This document shows positions 53,313 to 61,326 of a stretch of DNA of 64,000 nucleotides, piece after piece. A program made the position numbers and the translations under genes. The stretch lies in IMG/VR virus record IMGVR_UViG_3300029922_000039. One strand, written 5' to 3'. Below the pieces are notes generated by a model, which was not told the origin of the DNA, searched no databases, and saw only the letters and a list, made by a program, of their open reading frames with translations. The number at the start of each line of letters is the position of its first letter. Within the stretch, counting starts at the first letter, position 1. This DNA comes from a virus.

Positions 53313-55106
53313 TTATTTTTTGCCATGATGCGGTTGCGCCGCTCCGGCGGCCCCAGCTAATGCGATTTTGATCTTGGCCTCTTCCATCAACTCGCCCTCG
53401 ATCTTCTCCACATCCGACGCCGCAATGCCCAATTTCCGGTAGAGCCCCTTCCTCGACAGATCCCCCATCTTGCGCAGACCAAATGCCACCGTAACCTCGT
53501 CCTGCTTCTCAATCGAGAGCAGGCTGCCCTTGCGAATCGAGAACACCATCTGCCGGACAAACGCCTCCGGCTCCATACCCTTGTTGAGCCATTGACCGTA
53601 GTAGGGCTCGAAGTCGGCATCGGTCAGGCCCTTGACGCCAAACTTGCGGATGCGGCTCTTGGAGTCCTCGAACTGCATCTTGTTCGCGGTAACCATCGTC
53701 CCGATTTCGGTAAGGAAACTAGACAGGCCACGCCCCATGAAGCGGATCGGAATCGACCGGGAGTTCATGATCATGTCCAGCGAGTCTCCGCCGGGCACCT
53801 GCTTCTTGGCTACCGCCTGGCTGATCGCCGCCGCACCCGAGCTGGCGTCCTGTTCCTTCTCCACGTCCTGCTTCATTGCCAGAACGTATGCCGGCAACTC
53901 GGGGGGCTTGGGATATTCAGGGGCCTTGGGGGTGTTGTTGTTGTACATGATCTTGGCGCCGGGCGCGCCGGGGTCCAAGGAGTCCCACACGCTCTGCGCG
54001 AACGCGGCCTTGGGAGCAATCATCCTGGGCTCGATCGATGCCCTGATCATGTCCATGATGCCGCCGTTGATTCGGTTCACAATATCCTGCATCGAGGCAA
54101 GACTCTCAAGAGGCGACTGACCATTGGACGACCATGGCACCCGAATCAGCCGCAACTTGGCGAATGGATACATGGCGTGCCAGTAGGGGTTGGGTCCGTC
54201 CTGAAGGACTTTTCCGCCTGCCACAACCAGCATCCGTCCACGCGGGTAGATCAGTTCTCCCGGCTCGACCATGTAGGACCAGTTGTACCGCTTGTCACCG
54301 ATGCGCTGAGACTCACTTCCCGCAAGCCGTGAGGTGTCCTTGAACCAAAACTGCTTGAGCATGGCCTTGGGGTAGCGGCTGCGCATGGACTGCATCGACT
54401 GCTTCTTGCCGAGCATCTTCTTGAGGTTGGGGTTGAGCTTCACCCATGACGCCTCTGAGATTTTGCCGGGCCGGGTAATGTCGCCGGTCGGTTCCCCTGA
54501 CTCAAGATCCGGCATCACGCCCAGGGCGAGGTCGCCATAGGTGCGCTTCAGGGCCTCCAGAGTCACAGGCCACCGGGCGATTACGCACTCGTCGTCCTGA
54601 ATCCGGTTCCCTGCGCCAATGGTCATGACGTTGAGTGGGCCGAGCGGCATAAACTCCACGTCGCCCTGGCCGCCATTCATGGCCGGGTTCCACTGAACTT
54701 TGGCGTATCCGGTATGGAGCAGCGCCCACATGACCGATTGGGTAAGTTCGGATTCAAAGTCTGTGGACCGCGCCCAGATCACGATCATCTCGTTGATCAG
54801 CGACTGGAGCTTCTGGAACTCCTCATCCTCGTTGGCGAACTTGACCTGAAAATCTGGCTCGATGTCGGTGAGCAAACCGGCCATTTCGATGAACTGGCGA
54901 AAGAGCCGGTTGACCGTTGGGCGAGAACGGCCGTACCGGCTCTTGGCATTCCATTGCATCCCGCCCAGGTAGTCGATCAGGCGAGAGGTCATCCGCATCT
55001 CGCGGGAATCACCCAACTCCCGTTCAGCCTCGTCGTAGACCGAATCGGCCCATGAGAGAACTTCTTTTTCGAGTCTGTGCGCCGGAAGTTCGAGTTCGGT
55101 GGCCAT
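53313..55106 (-). CDS. portal protein
   Basis: 597 aa. Call rests on size and position between the terminase and scaffold/capsid genes. Confidence 0.7.
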   Translation of the reverse strand: MATELELPAHRLEKEVLSWADSVYDEAERELGDSREMRMTSRLIDYLGGMQWNAKSRYGRSRPTVNRLFRQFIEMAGLLTDIEPDFQVKFANEDEEFQKLQSLINEMIVIWARSTDFESELTQSVMWALLHTGYAKVQWNPAMNGGQGDVEFMPLGPLNVMTIGAGNRIQDDECVIARWPVTLEALKRTYGDLALGVMPDLESGEPTGDITRPGKISEASWVKLNPNLKKMLGKKQSMQSMRSRYPKAMLKQFWFKDTSRLAGSESQRIGDKRYNWSYMVEPGELIYPRGRMLVVAGGKVLQDGPNPYWHAMYPFAKLRLIRVPWSSNGQSPLESLASMQDIVNRINGGIMDMIRASIEPRMIAPKAAFAQSVWDSLDPGAPGAKIMYNNNTPKAPEYPKPPELPAYVLAMKQDVEKEQDASSGAAAISQAVAKKQVPGGDSLDMIMNSRSIPIRFMGRGLSSFLTEIGTMVTANKMQFEDSKSRIRKFGVKGLTDADFEPYYGQWLNKGMEPEAFVRQMVFSIRKGSLLSIEKQDEVTVAFGLRKMGDLSRKGLYRKLGIAASDVEKIEGELMEEAKIKIALAGAAGAAQPHHGKK

Positions 55107-55160
55107 CGTGCGCAGTCTACCTTATCTGGCGGGTTTCACTCGCCATTTGGAAAGTGATAT

Positions 55161-55643
55161 TTAGTCGTGGTTGGCCAGAGCCCCGGCTACCCGGTTCTCC
55201 CAGCGAATCACCTGGTTGGTCAAATCCTCGTTCTGACCGGCAAGGTTCTGGTTCATTTCCGCCGCGGCCACCATCTCGGCGCCGTTCCGGATACCCAACT
55301 TCTTGAGCTTCGCCGCCTGCTGCCCATCGATCAGGATGTAGTCGCCGGTCAGGCAAGCCCGAAGAATGGAGTCGATGGTCGGGTTGAACCGATTCCCCAG
55401 AACCTCTTTCGCCTTGATCAGAACTTCCTGGTTGATCCAGACCTCGGTCTTCACGTCGCCGTTGCCCGGCTTCCAGAGGACTTCCGTCTTGATCATCTCC
55501 GGTTTGAGCATCTGAAGGCGTTCGCCGGGGATGTTGTGCCCCATCGGGCAGGTGAATTGGTTGCTGGAATCCCGCATCATCTCCATGCGCGGGCTCCCGT
55601 TGTCACGACACAAAGGGCAAAACATAAACGCTCGATCAGCCAT
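55161..55643 (-). CDS. hypothetical zinc-ribbon protein (160 aa)
   Basis: Track ORF trimmed to ATG 55643 (MADRAFMFCPLCRD...CPMGH). Confidence 0.5.
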   Translation of the reverse strand: MADRAFMFCPLCRDNGSPRMEMMRDSSNQFTCPMGHNIPGERLQMLKPEMIKTEVLWKPGNGDVKTEVWINQEVLIKAKEVLGNRFNPTIDSILRACLTGDYILIDGQQAAKLKKLGIRNGAEMVAAAEMNQNLAGQNEDLTNQVIRWENRVAGALANHD

Positions 55644-56007
55644 TGGATGCCTCCAGAGGAATACCAAGAACAGACCGGACGACAATGCCAAACATCTCGT
55701 CCTTCAACCGCTGTCCTTCGGGGAGTTCCGAATAGGGGCGGAAGCAGGGATGCTCTTTTGTCTCGGGATTTTTGACCGCTCCAAACTTCCATCCATCGGC
55801 GGATTTCTGCGCCAACCACGACTCATGCGACTGCTCGGGGGTTGTGGCGGGGTTGTTGTTAATCAAACGCACGCCGACAATGGCACTATCTTTCTGCCAC
55901 TGCGGAGCATCTTCCCATTTTGGTTGCGATGAATCTCCAAGAGCCAGGCAAAGCACCCGGTTCGCTTCATGTGCGGCTTCTGCTGCCCGCGTGAAAATGT
56001 CAGCCAT
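55636..56007 (-). CDS. RyR-domain protein
   Basis: 123 aa. HESWLAQKSADGWKFGAVKNPETKEHPCFRPYSELPEGQRLKD matches the ryanodine-receptor (RyR) repeat pattern seen in phages. Confidence 0.65.
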   Translation of the reverse strand: MADIFTRAAEAAHEANRVLCLALGDSSQPKWEDAPQWQKDSAIVGVRLINNNPATTPEQSHESWLAQKSADGWKFGAVKNPETKEHPCFRPYSELPEGQRLKDEMFGIVVRSVLGIPLEASNG

Positions 56008-56025
56008 TGTTCTCGTCTCCGTCAG

Positions 56026-56862
56026 TTAGGTTGTTTCGATGAACTTCATCTTGTGCTCGTCGCAATAGCGTCGAAACGCCGATTCGTGCAGTTCGCCTGT
56101 AGTCATTTCAATGGAGTGGCCAACTGTTCCACCCTTCCATGATCCCTTACGTTCTCCTGTCTCTCCGGAAAACGCAATATCGAGCGAACGGCAAATCTTT
56201 GGCTTGCGGAAAAAACGCAGCCATGAAAACCATCCTGTCCCGAGATGCCACTCCCTCTCTTCGATTCTAGTCTTTGCCGTCAACTGCTCGCCGTCGAAAT
56301 CAGCGAAAGAGAAAGTACGAATAGGGCAGGCGTCCCGCGATTCCGATATGGAGCGGTGCGTGTCGATATTCTGCTGTACAGTCATCCCCCTCCACAGTAC
56401 TTGCGGCTCTGTCCAGTAAAGACGTCCGTCCAGTCCGTAATAACTGTGACGCACATGTTTCCACTGAGTCCATGGGAGAAAGTATCCCTTACGCTGTTCC
56501 GTGCTGCTATCACCTGTTTGGCGACCGAGGAGAACATTCAAGAACCCCTCAGAGTAAGAGAACCCGTACTCGCGCTCGTGGCAGTCGTAGTACCAATTTC
56601 GCCCGAGTCGAGCAATGGTAGATTCATCCCACGATTCAGCCACGACCTTACGCTTCCATGGCTTAATAATAGCCGGAAGCTCCAGGATAAAGGTGTGTCG
56701 ATAAACGCTGATACGCAACCTACATCCAGCACTCTCTTCATCATCTCCCGACCCAAGTACAAGAGCTATGTTTTTGTACTTGCTTTTCGAGTAGATAAAC
56801 GGACCAAAGTGTTGATCGTTATCGCTCCACCGAATACGATGGCCCTTCATGCATGTATCCAT
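56026..56862 (-). CDS. hypothetical protein (278 aa), W/Y-rich and AT-richer
   Basis: Track ORF trimmed to ATG 56862, with GAGGAG 7 nt upstream. Confidence 0.5.
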   Translation of the reverse strand: MDTCMKGHRIRWSDNDQHFGPFIYSKSKYKNIALVLGSGDDEESAGCRLRISVYRHTFILELPAIIKPWKRKVVAESWDESTIARLGRNWYYDCHEREYGFSYSEGFLNVLLGRQTGDSSTEQRKGYFLPWTQWKHVRHSYYGLDGRLYWTEPQVLWRGMTVQQNIDTHRSISESRDACPIRTFSFADFDGEQLTAKTRIEEREWHLGTGWFSWLRFFRKPKICRSLDIAFSGETGERKGSWKGGTVGHSIEMTTGELHESAFRRYCDEHKMKFIETT

Positions 56863-56872
56863 TCTCGTCTCC

Positions 56873-59011
56873 TCACCAATCATTATCCATCACATCGCCA
56901 CCTGACGCCCGATAGTTTCCGAGCGCAGACTTATACGCCCAAACGATATCAGGCGTTATTTCCGTTGAGTGCATTCCGTGCTTTGAGTGTAGTTCAAACT
57001 CAGGGCCCATGGCATCGAAGATGGGAGAAGAAACTGTGTTAGCGTTGCACACGAGGATCGGCTGGACCCTCCACCCGAGATTACCACCCATAGCCTTCTG
57101 CGCCTCGGCCTCGGTGTTGTACTGGCCGCGCTGCCGCATGATGTTGTCGTAGACGCCGTAGATGTAGAGTTCGCCAACCTGCCCGGCGGCGCTGCGGTCC
57201 TGCGCGACAGATGTGGTCTTCAGGTGCTTCGTTGTCTCACGAAGGCAGTACAGACCGATCATGGCCGCCATTGGCCCGTCATCATTGTTGCCCTGGCCTT
57301 CGGACCTGCCGCCAGTTTCCATAGAGGCGAAGTCAATCATCTCGTCCAGAAGATCGGCATCGCGAATAACCACCGTCTGGTCGAGCAACGCCTCATTCAT
57401 GCAGCCAATAATCTCGTCGCGCGTCTTCGAGTTGGTCAGCCAGTGGAGGTAGTTCGATGCCTGGTGGGTCAGGCGGTCCTTGTACTGCGGACGGTACAGG
57501 CTCGGGTAATCCATGTCGCGCAGCTCGTTGCCCGTTGTGATGCCATCCTTCATGTACTCAACGGCCACTTCGGCTTCGCCATAGAACAGGCCGATAGCCG
57601 CGACAACGTGCGCATACTTCTTTGGGGGAATCCAACCCCACCAAGACGCAACTTGGGTGTCTGGCTCGATGCCGTGCCCGGCGCGCCACACCATGCAGAC
57701 GGAGTAATCGCCGCCGTTGCCCAGCGCCACGTCAGCGGAAACGTAGTAGGTCGACCCCTTTTCCGGCATCTCCCAGACATGGAACCGGCGCCCGCCGCGC
57801 CCAGACTTGCGCCTCGGAAGAATCTCGTCATCCTTCACTTCCCGCAGATCGCTGGTATCCACCCGGCTCGATGCAATCGAAATCAGGTTGATCTCGCCGG
57901 CGTACACTGGCTTGCAAACCTTGGTCGTCTCCTGCCATTCCAGCGAGTCACGATCAAACGCGCACAGGCCGGAAGACTGGAACGCCTCGGTTGGGGTCAG
58001 AGGGTACGACTCAAGGAATCCCGCCTTGGTGCCGGAACGCTTCGCCGCGCGCATACGGCTTCGGCGGAAGTTCCAGAATTCATCGGGGATGCTAAAATGC
58101 TCTTCCTTCTTGATCTTCGCGTTGAAGGTAATCTCATCTTCCGCGAGGTCGAACGGACCCTTGATCGGCATGTAGTACTTGCGAACCTTATACACAGGAA
58201 TGAACACTGCGCGCATATCGTTGTCTCCATCTACTGCTGCGCACCACTGCTCATAGAACAAACCTTGACGACCATAACCAGTTGACTCAAACACTTGATA
58301 TGTATCATGAGCATTCATAGACGGCTTAATGTCAGCTTCGAAGATTTCGTCATTAGGCCACCTTGAAACTTCACTCGCGTGCAATGCCCGGATTGAACGA
58401 CCAATAGCCACACCACTCGTTTGTGTTGCAGGAGACACTTGTAGTGTAGACCCTAGACCTGGATCAACTGCTCTAGCTTTCTCGTCCGACCTTTGGAACT
58501 CAATAGCACCGTTCTTCGTTTTGTACGCATACTCGGGTCGCATCCACCATGGAAGGTTTGCGTATGCGTTGAGGCTCATCTTGTAAATATGCTCTGAAGT
58601 CTTGTCGTTCTGCGCGACGATCATCGTGAAGCAATGCGGAGTGAAGATCGTCCTGTGGAACATGGAAGCTGCCGTCCAAACTGAAATACCCGTCTGGCGG
58701 GGTTTCAGGATGATGACCTTGCAGTATCCCTTCTCGTTCCACTCCTCCTGCATCGCCTCGTACACAATCTCCTGGTGGTCCCAGAACGGGTAGAGCGACT
58801 TCAGGATGCCGCGCTCTGTCGTGATGAAGTGATAGTTTTCTAGGTAGTAGCGGAGGTCGAGAGCCTTATCAACTTCGGCCTCGATGAAGGCCAGACCATC
58901 CGCAGGAAGTTCCGCCCAGGCGCGGGCGTTGTTCTGCTCGCACCGGATGTAGTGATCCTGTAGGATTTCGATCGCGTCGTTCAAGGTCTGGTCCTTACGC
59001 GGGACGCGCAT
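56873..59011 (-). CDS. terL: terminase large subunit
   Basis: 712 aa. Walker A-like ILKPRQTGIS. C-terminal nuclease-type YYVSADVALGNGGDYSVCMVW. Confidence 0.85.
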   Translation of the reverse strand: MRVPRKDQTLNDAIEILQDHYIRCEQNNARAWAELPADGLAFIEAEVDKALDLRYYLENYHFITTERGILKSLYPFWDHQEIVYEAMQEEWNEKGYCKVIILKPRQTGISVWTAASMFHRTIFTPHCFTMIVAQNDKTSEHIYKMSLNAYANLPWWMRPEYAYKTKNGAIEFQRSDEKARAVDPGLGSTLQVSPATQTSGVAIGRSIRALHASEVSRWPNDEIFEADIKPSMNAHDTYQVFESTGYGRQGLFYEQWCAAVDGDNDMRAVFIPVYKVRKYYMPIKGPFDLAEDEITFNAKIKKEEHFSIPDEFWNFRRSRMRAAKRSGTKAGFLESYPLTPTEAFQSSGLCAFDRDSLEWQETTKVCKPVYAGEINLISIASSRVDTSDLREVKDDEILPRRKSGRGGRRFHVWEMPEKGSTYYVSADVALGNGGDYSVCMVWRAGHGIEPDTQVASWWGWIPPKKYAHVVAAIGLFYGEAEVAVEYMKDGITTGNELRDMDYPSLYRPQYKDRLTHQASNYLHWLTNSKTRDEIIGCMNEALLDQTVVIRDADLLDEMIDFASMETGGRSEGQGNNDDGPMAAMIGLYCLRETTKHLKTTSVAQDRSAAGQVGELYIYGVYDNIMRQRGQYNTEAEAQKAMGGNLGWRVQPILVCNANTVSSPIFDAMGPEFELHSKHGMHSTEITPDIVWAYKSALGNYRASGGDVMDNDW

Positions 59012-59014
59012 CGC

Positions 59015-59227
59015 CTATTCCTCTTCCTTCACCATGCACGAAAAAATCCAGTGCTTGAACTTGTCCACCAGAAAGTTGGCTTGGGCCACGGTCATTCCGT
59101 TGTCGAGAGAGTACCCCTTGCCTGTGGACTTCAAGGTGTAGAGAACCATGACTTCCTCGATATCGTCGGCCTTGCTGGCGATGGTGGCCGCAAGGTCAAC
59201 GATGCTGTCGATCTGCTCACTCTGCAC
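59015..59227 (-). CDS. hypothetical protein (70 aa)
   Basis: Track ORF 59015..59272. The first 15 codons overlap the acidic tail of the upstream gene, and GTG 59227 has GGGAG upstream. Confidence 0.4.
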   Translation of the reverse strand: MQSEQIDSIVDLAATIASKADDIEEVMVLYTLKSTGKGYSLDNGMTVAQANFLVDKFKHWIFSCMVKEEE

Positions 59228-59900
59228 GCTCGTCTCCCTCTTCGTCTTCGTCGTCATCTCCACTGCCGCCAAAGTCCGCGAACTCGTCCTCGATCTCGTC
59301 CTCTTGGCTCACCTCGGCGTCGATGATGTCCGCTTCCTGATCGTTCGCCATGCCGGCGGCTTCGCGCTTCTTGCGCAGCATCGCCTCAAAACTCAGGCCA
59401 GGGCCGAATCCGGGGCCACCCTGCCCGTTGTTGAATTGCTGATTGAGTTGGATTCCGGCCGCCTTCGGCTGGACGCTCTCGATCAGGCTCTTCATCGTCT
59501 CGACCGTCTTGAGCCTGGTACCCCAGTCGGGCATCGACTTCGATCTGCCGTCGCGCTGCTGGACCGACTTGTTCGCCTTGAGCCCGCCATCGAAGACCGT
59601 TCCTACCGCGTCCATGCGCTCCATGGCCGTCTCGCGGATCTTCGTCTCCAGAAGGTCGTTCGAGTAGTAGAGCCGGTACTGCTCCATGTAGTCGATCGAT
59701 TCCTGTACGGCGATGGGGGAGCAATGGCAGATGTTGGCTATCTCCTCGACAGGCTTGCCGTGGACTTTGAACATCACCCACCGCTTCCGGTCGGCAACGC
59801 CGGGCGCCGGGCGGCCGCGCTTACCCGTCTCGCGCGGGATCGGAACAAGGGCCATCGACTTTACCATTTTCGGCTTCTTACGGGAATCGGCCTTCGGCAT
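59217..59900 (-). CDS. terminase small subunit candidate
   Basis: 227 aa. HTH-like KPVEEIANICHCSPIAVQESIDYM and an acidic C-terminal tail, immediately upstream of terL. Confidence 0.45.
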   Translation of the reverse strand: MPKADSRKKPKMVKSMALVPIPRETGKRGRPAPGVADRKRWVMFKVHGKPVEEIANICHCSPIAVQESIDYMEQYRLYYSNDLLETKIRETAMERMDAVGTVFDGGLKANKSVQQRDGRSKSMPDWGTRLKTVETMKSLIESVQPKAAGIQLNQQFNNGQGGPGFGPGLSFEAMLRKKREAAGMANDQEADIIDAEVSQEDEIEDEFADFGGSGDDDEDEEGDERAE

Positions 59901-59906
59901 CGGGAA

Positions 59907-60512
59907 CTACTCCTGCGGTGCAAACAACTCGGACTGGTTGGACTCTTCTGGATCCCGAACCTGCTCCACCTGCTCATCGTACCGCGCCGTCTGGCTCTGC
60001 ATGTACCCGGATGGCGGCCCACTGAAGGCGGTCTCCTCCGGCGCAAACTCGTCCGGTCCGTACTCGTGCGTCACCTTTTCCTCGGTGTTCAGGAAGAGTT
60101 GCTGGATCACGCCGACTGCCTTCTCCAACCGGAGGCAAGCCTGGATGGCGCGCGCCGCGGCCCCCTGCAAGGCGTCGGCATTGATGCGGTCGATTCCGGC
60201 CTGCATCTTCTGGCGGTGCTCCTCAAGAGTCGAGGTGGTCTTCTTGCGGTGCTCGTCCAGCAAAGCCTTCATGTCATTGCGGATCACCCCGAACGAGGAC
60301 TTCGACGATTCGATCTGCCGGGCTAGTTCCGTCTGGTACTGCGCCAGCACGGCGCGAGTCTCACTTGAGACTGAAACCGCTTCCAGCCGGAGCGCGGCCA
60401 GGGCCTTGCGGAGATTCATCGCCAACCAGATCAGGACGCCGAGACCGGACAAAAGAACGGCCAGGAATAGGCCACAAAATAGGGAGATTGCCACAACCCC
60501 GATAGTGCTCAT
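59907..60512 (-). CDS. membrane-anchored coiled-coil protein (201 aa)
   Basis: N-terminal TM helix IGVVAISLFCGLFLAVLLSGLGVLIWLAM. Confidence 0.55.
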   Translation of the reverse strand: MSTIGVVAISLFCGLFLAVLLSGLGVLIWLAMNLRKALAALRLEAVSVSSETRAVLAQYQTELARQIESSKSSFGVIRNDMKALLDEHRKKTTSTLEEHRQKMQAGIDRINADALQGAAARAIQACLRLEKAVGVIQQLFLNTEEKVTHEYGPDEFAPEETAFSGPPSGYMQSQTARYDEQVEQVRDPEESNQSELFAPQE

Positions 60513-60541
60513 GTCGCTAGATTACGCCATACAGGCAACGC

Positions 60542-60570
60542 TTGCAATTGGGAAATTTTGGTGGTAGGCT
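60542..60570 (+). promoter_or_regulatory. candidate promoter of the plus-strand island
   Basis: AACGCTTGCAA (60537-47), with TTGCAA, 17 nt, then TAGGCT (60565-70). Confidence 0.4.
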
Positions 60571-60622
60571 GGTTTCGTCTGGTCTGGCCACCGGACGCCG
60601 CCCCCAAGCGGTTTTGCATCGT

Positions 60623-60671
60623 GAACCCAGCGTTCCTCTCAGTCCGCTGGGTTCCGATGTGACTGAGAGGA
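60623..60671 (+). promoter_or_regulatory. interleaved inverted repeats (pseudoknot-like) sequestering the RBS of ORF 60676
   Basis: A1 GAACCCAGCG (60623-32) pairs with A2 CGCTGGGTTC (60645-54). B1 TCCTCTCAGTC (60634-44) pairs with B2 GACTGAGAGGA (60661-71). B2 contains the GAGAGGA SD. Confidence 0.55.
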
Positions 60672-60675
60672 CTCA

Positions 60676-61134
60676 ATGGCAATCATCAGTCCAGATGGAC
60701 TATTCAGCGGAGAACGTTTAGCAAACTGCTCGGACGAGGCCCAACTTCATTGGCCCCGCTTCTTCACTGCTAGCAACTCACTTGCGCGCATAGAACTCGA
60801 CTACAACAAGATCATCAACGTCATGTACCATGGGTTTCGCTTGAAGCCCACTGAGGACCAGATTTCATCTTGGGTGTCAGAGTACAACCAAAACTTTCTC
60901 CTGTTTGTCTACGAGGCGGCAGACGGATCTGTTTGGGGACAGTGGCTCACCGATAAAGCATATTTGAGCAAGTATCAAACTGCCGCCGACAGGAGAACGC
61001 CGCCCCCAGACGAATGCGAACTTGAGTCGTACCGACAAGAGTACGTTTCTACCAAAAAACGTAAGTCGTTTAAAATCAACACTGTTTTCAAACCACTTCA
61101 AACCATATCAAACCATATCGATTCATCGGCGTAG
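60676..61134 (+). CDS. hypothetical protein (152 aa)
   Basis: Track ORF, more AT-rich. Its 3' end contains the 10-bp-phased repeats. Confidence 0.55.
   Translation: MAIISPDGLFSGERLANCSDEAQLHWPRFFTASNSLARIELDYNKIINVMYHGFRLKPTEDQISSWVSEYNQNFLLFVYEAADGSVWGQWLTDKAYLSKYQTAADRRTPPPDECELESYRQEYVSTKKRKSFKINTVFKPLQTISNHIDSSA
61087..61126. repeat. 10-bp-phased direct repeats (iteron-like)
   Basis: TTCAAACCAC / TTCAAACCAT / ATCAAACCAT / ATCGATTCAT. TCAAACCA occurs at 61088, 61098 and 61108. Confidence 0.7.
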
Positions 61135-61138
61135 GAAA

Positions 61139-61170
61139 GGTATTGGTATTGGTGTTGGTGTTGGTGTTGG
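61139..61170. repeat. hexanucleotide microsatellite (GGTATT)2(GGTGTT)3
   Basis: Read directly from the sequence, in the intergenic gap 61135-61326. Confidence 0.8.
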
Positions 61171-61326
61171 GAAAAGCCTGTTCCGTGCTTTTCATTTGCA
61201 CCTTACCTAGTGCCATCATTGTAGGAAAAGCATCGATTTACATCATTTTTGATGGCAGTTTTCAACAGAATAATTTTCACACAAACGAGAGTTTGGCAAA
61301 CCGATTGCTTGAAAGGAACTCGCATC

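Noticed and set aside
61139-61170. The hexamer repeats considered as a CRISPR array, or as coding sequence (ORFs 61022..61210 'GIGIGVGVGVG' and 61143..61664 'MVLVLVLVLGK').
   Set aside because: The repeat unit is 6 bp with no spacers, so it is a microsatellite. The ORFs are repeat-translation artefacts and overlap a better-supported gene starting at 61327.
61294-61308. A sigma-54-like element, TGGCAA-ACCGA-TTGCT, with correct GG/GC spacing upstream of ORF 61327.
   Set aside because: The implied start site (~61319) would remove the AAAGGAA Shine-Dalgarno from the mRNA. No activator-binding site or EBP gene is evident. It is probably a chance match and is left unannotated.
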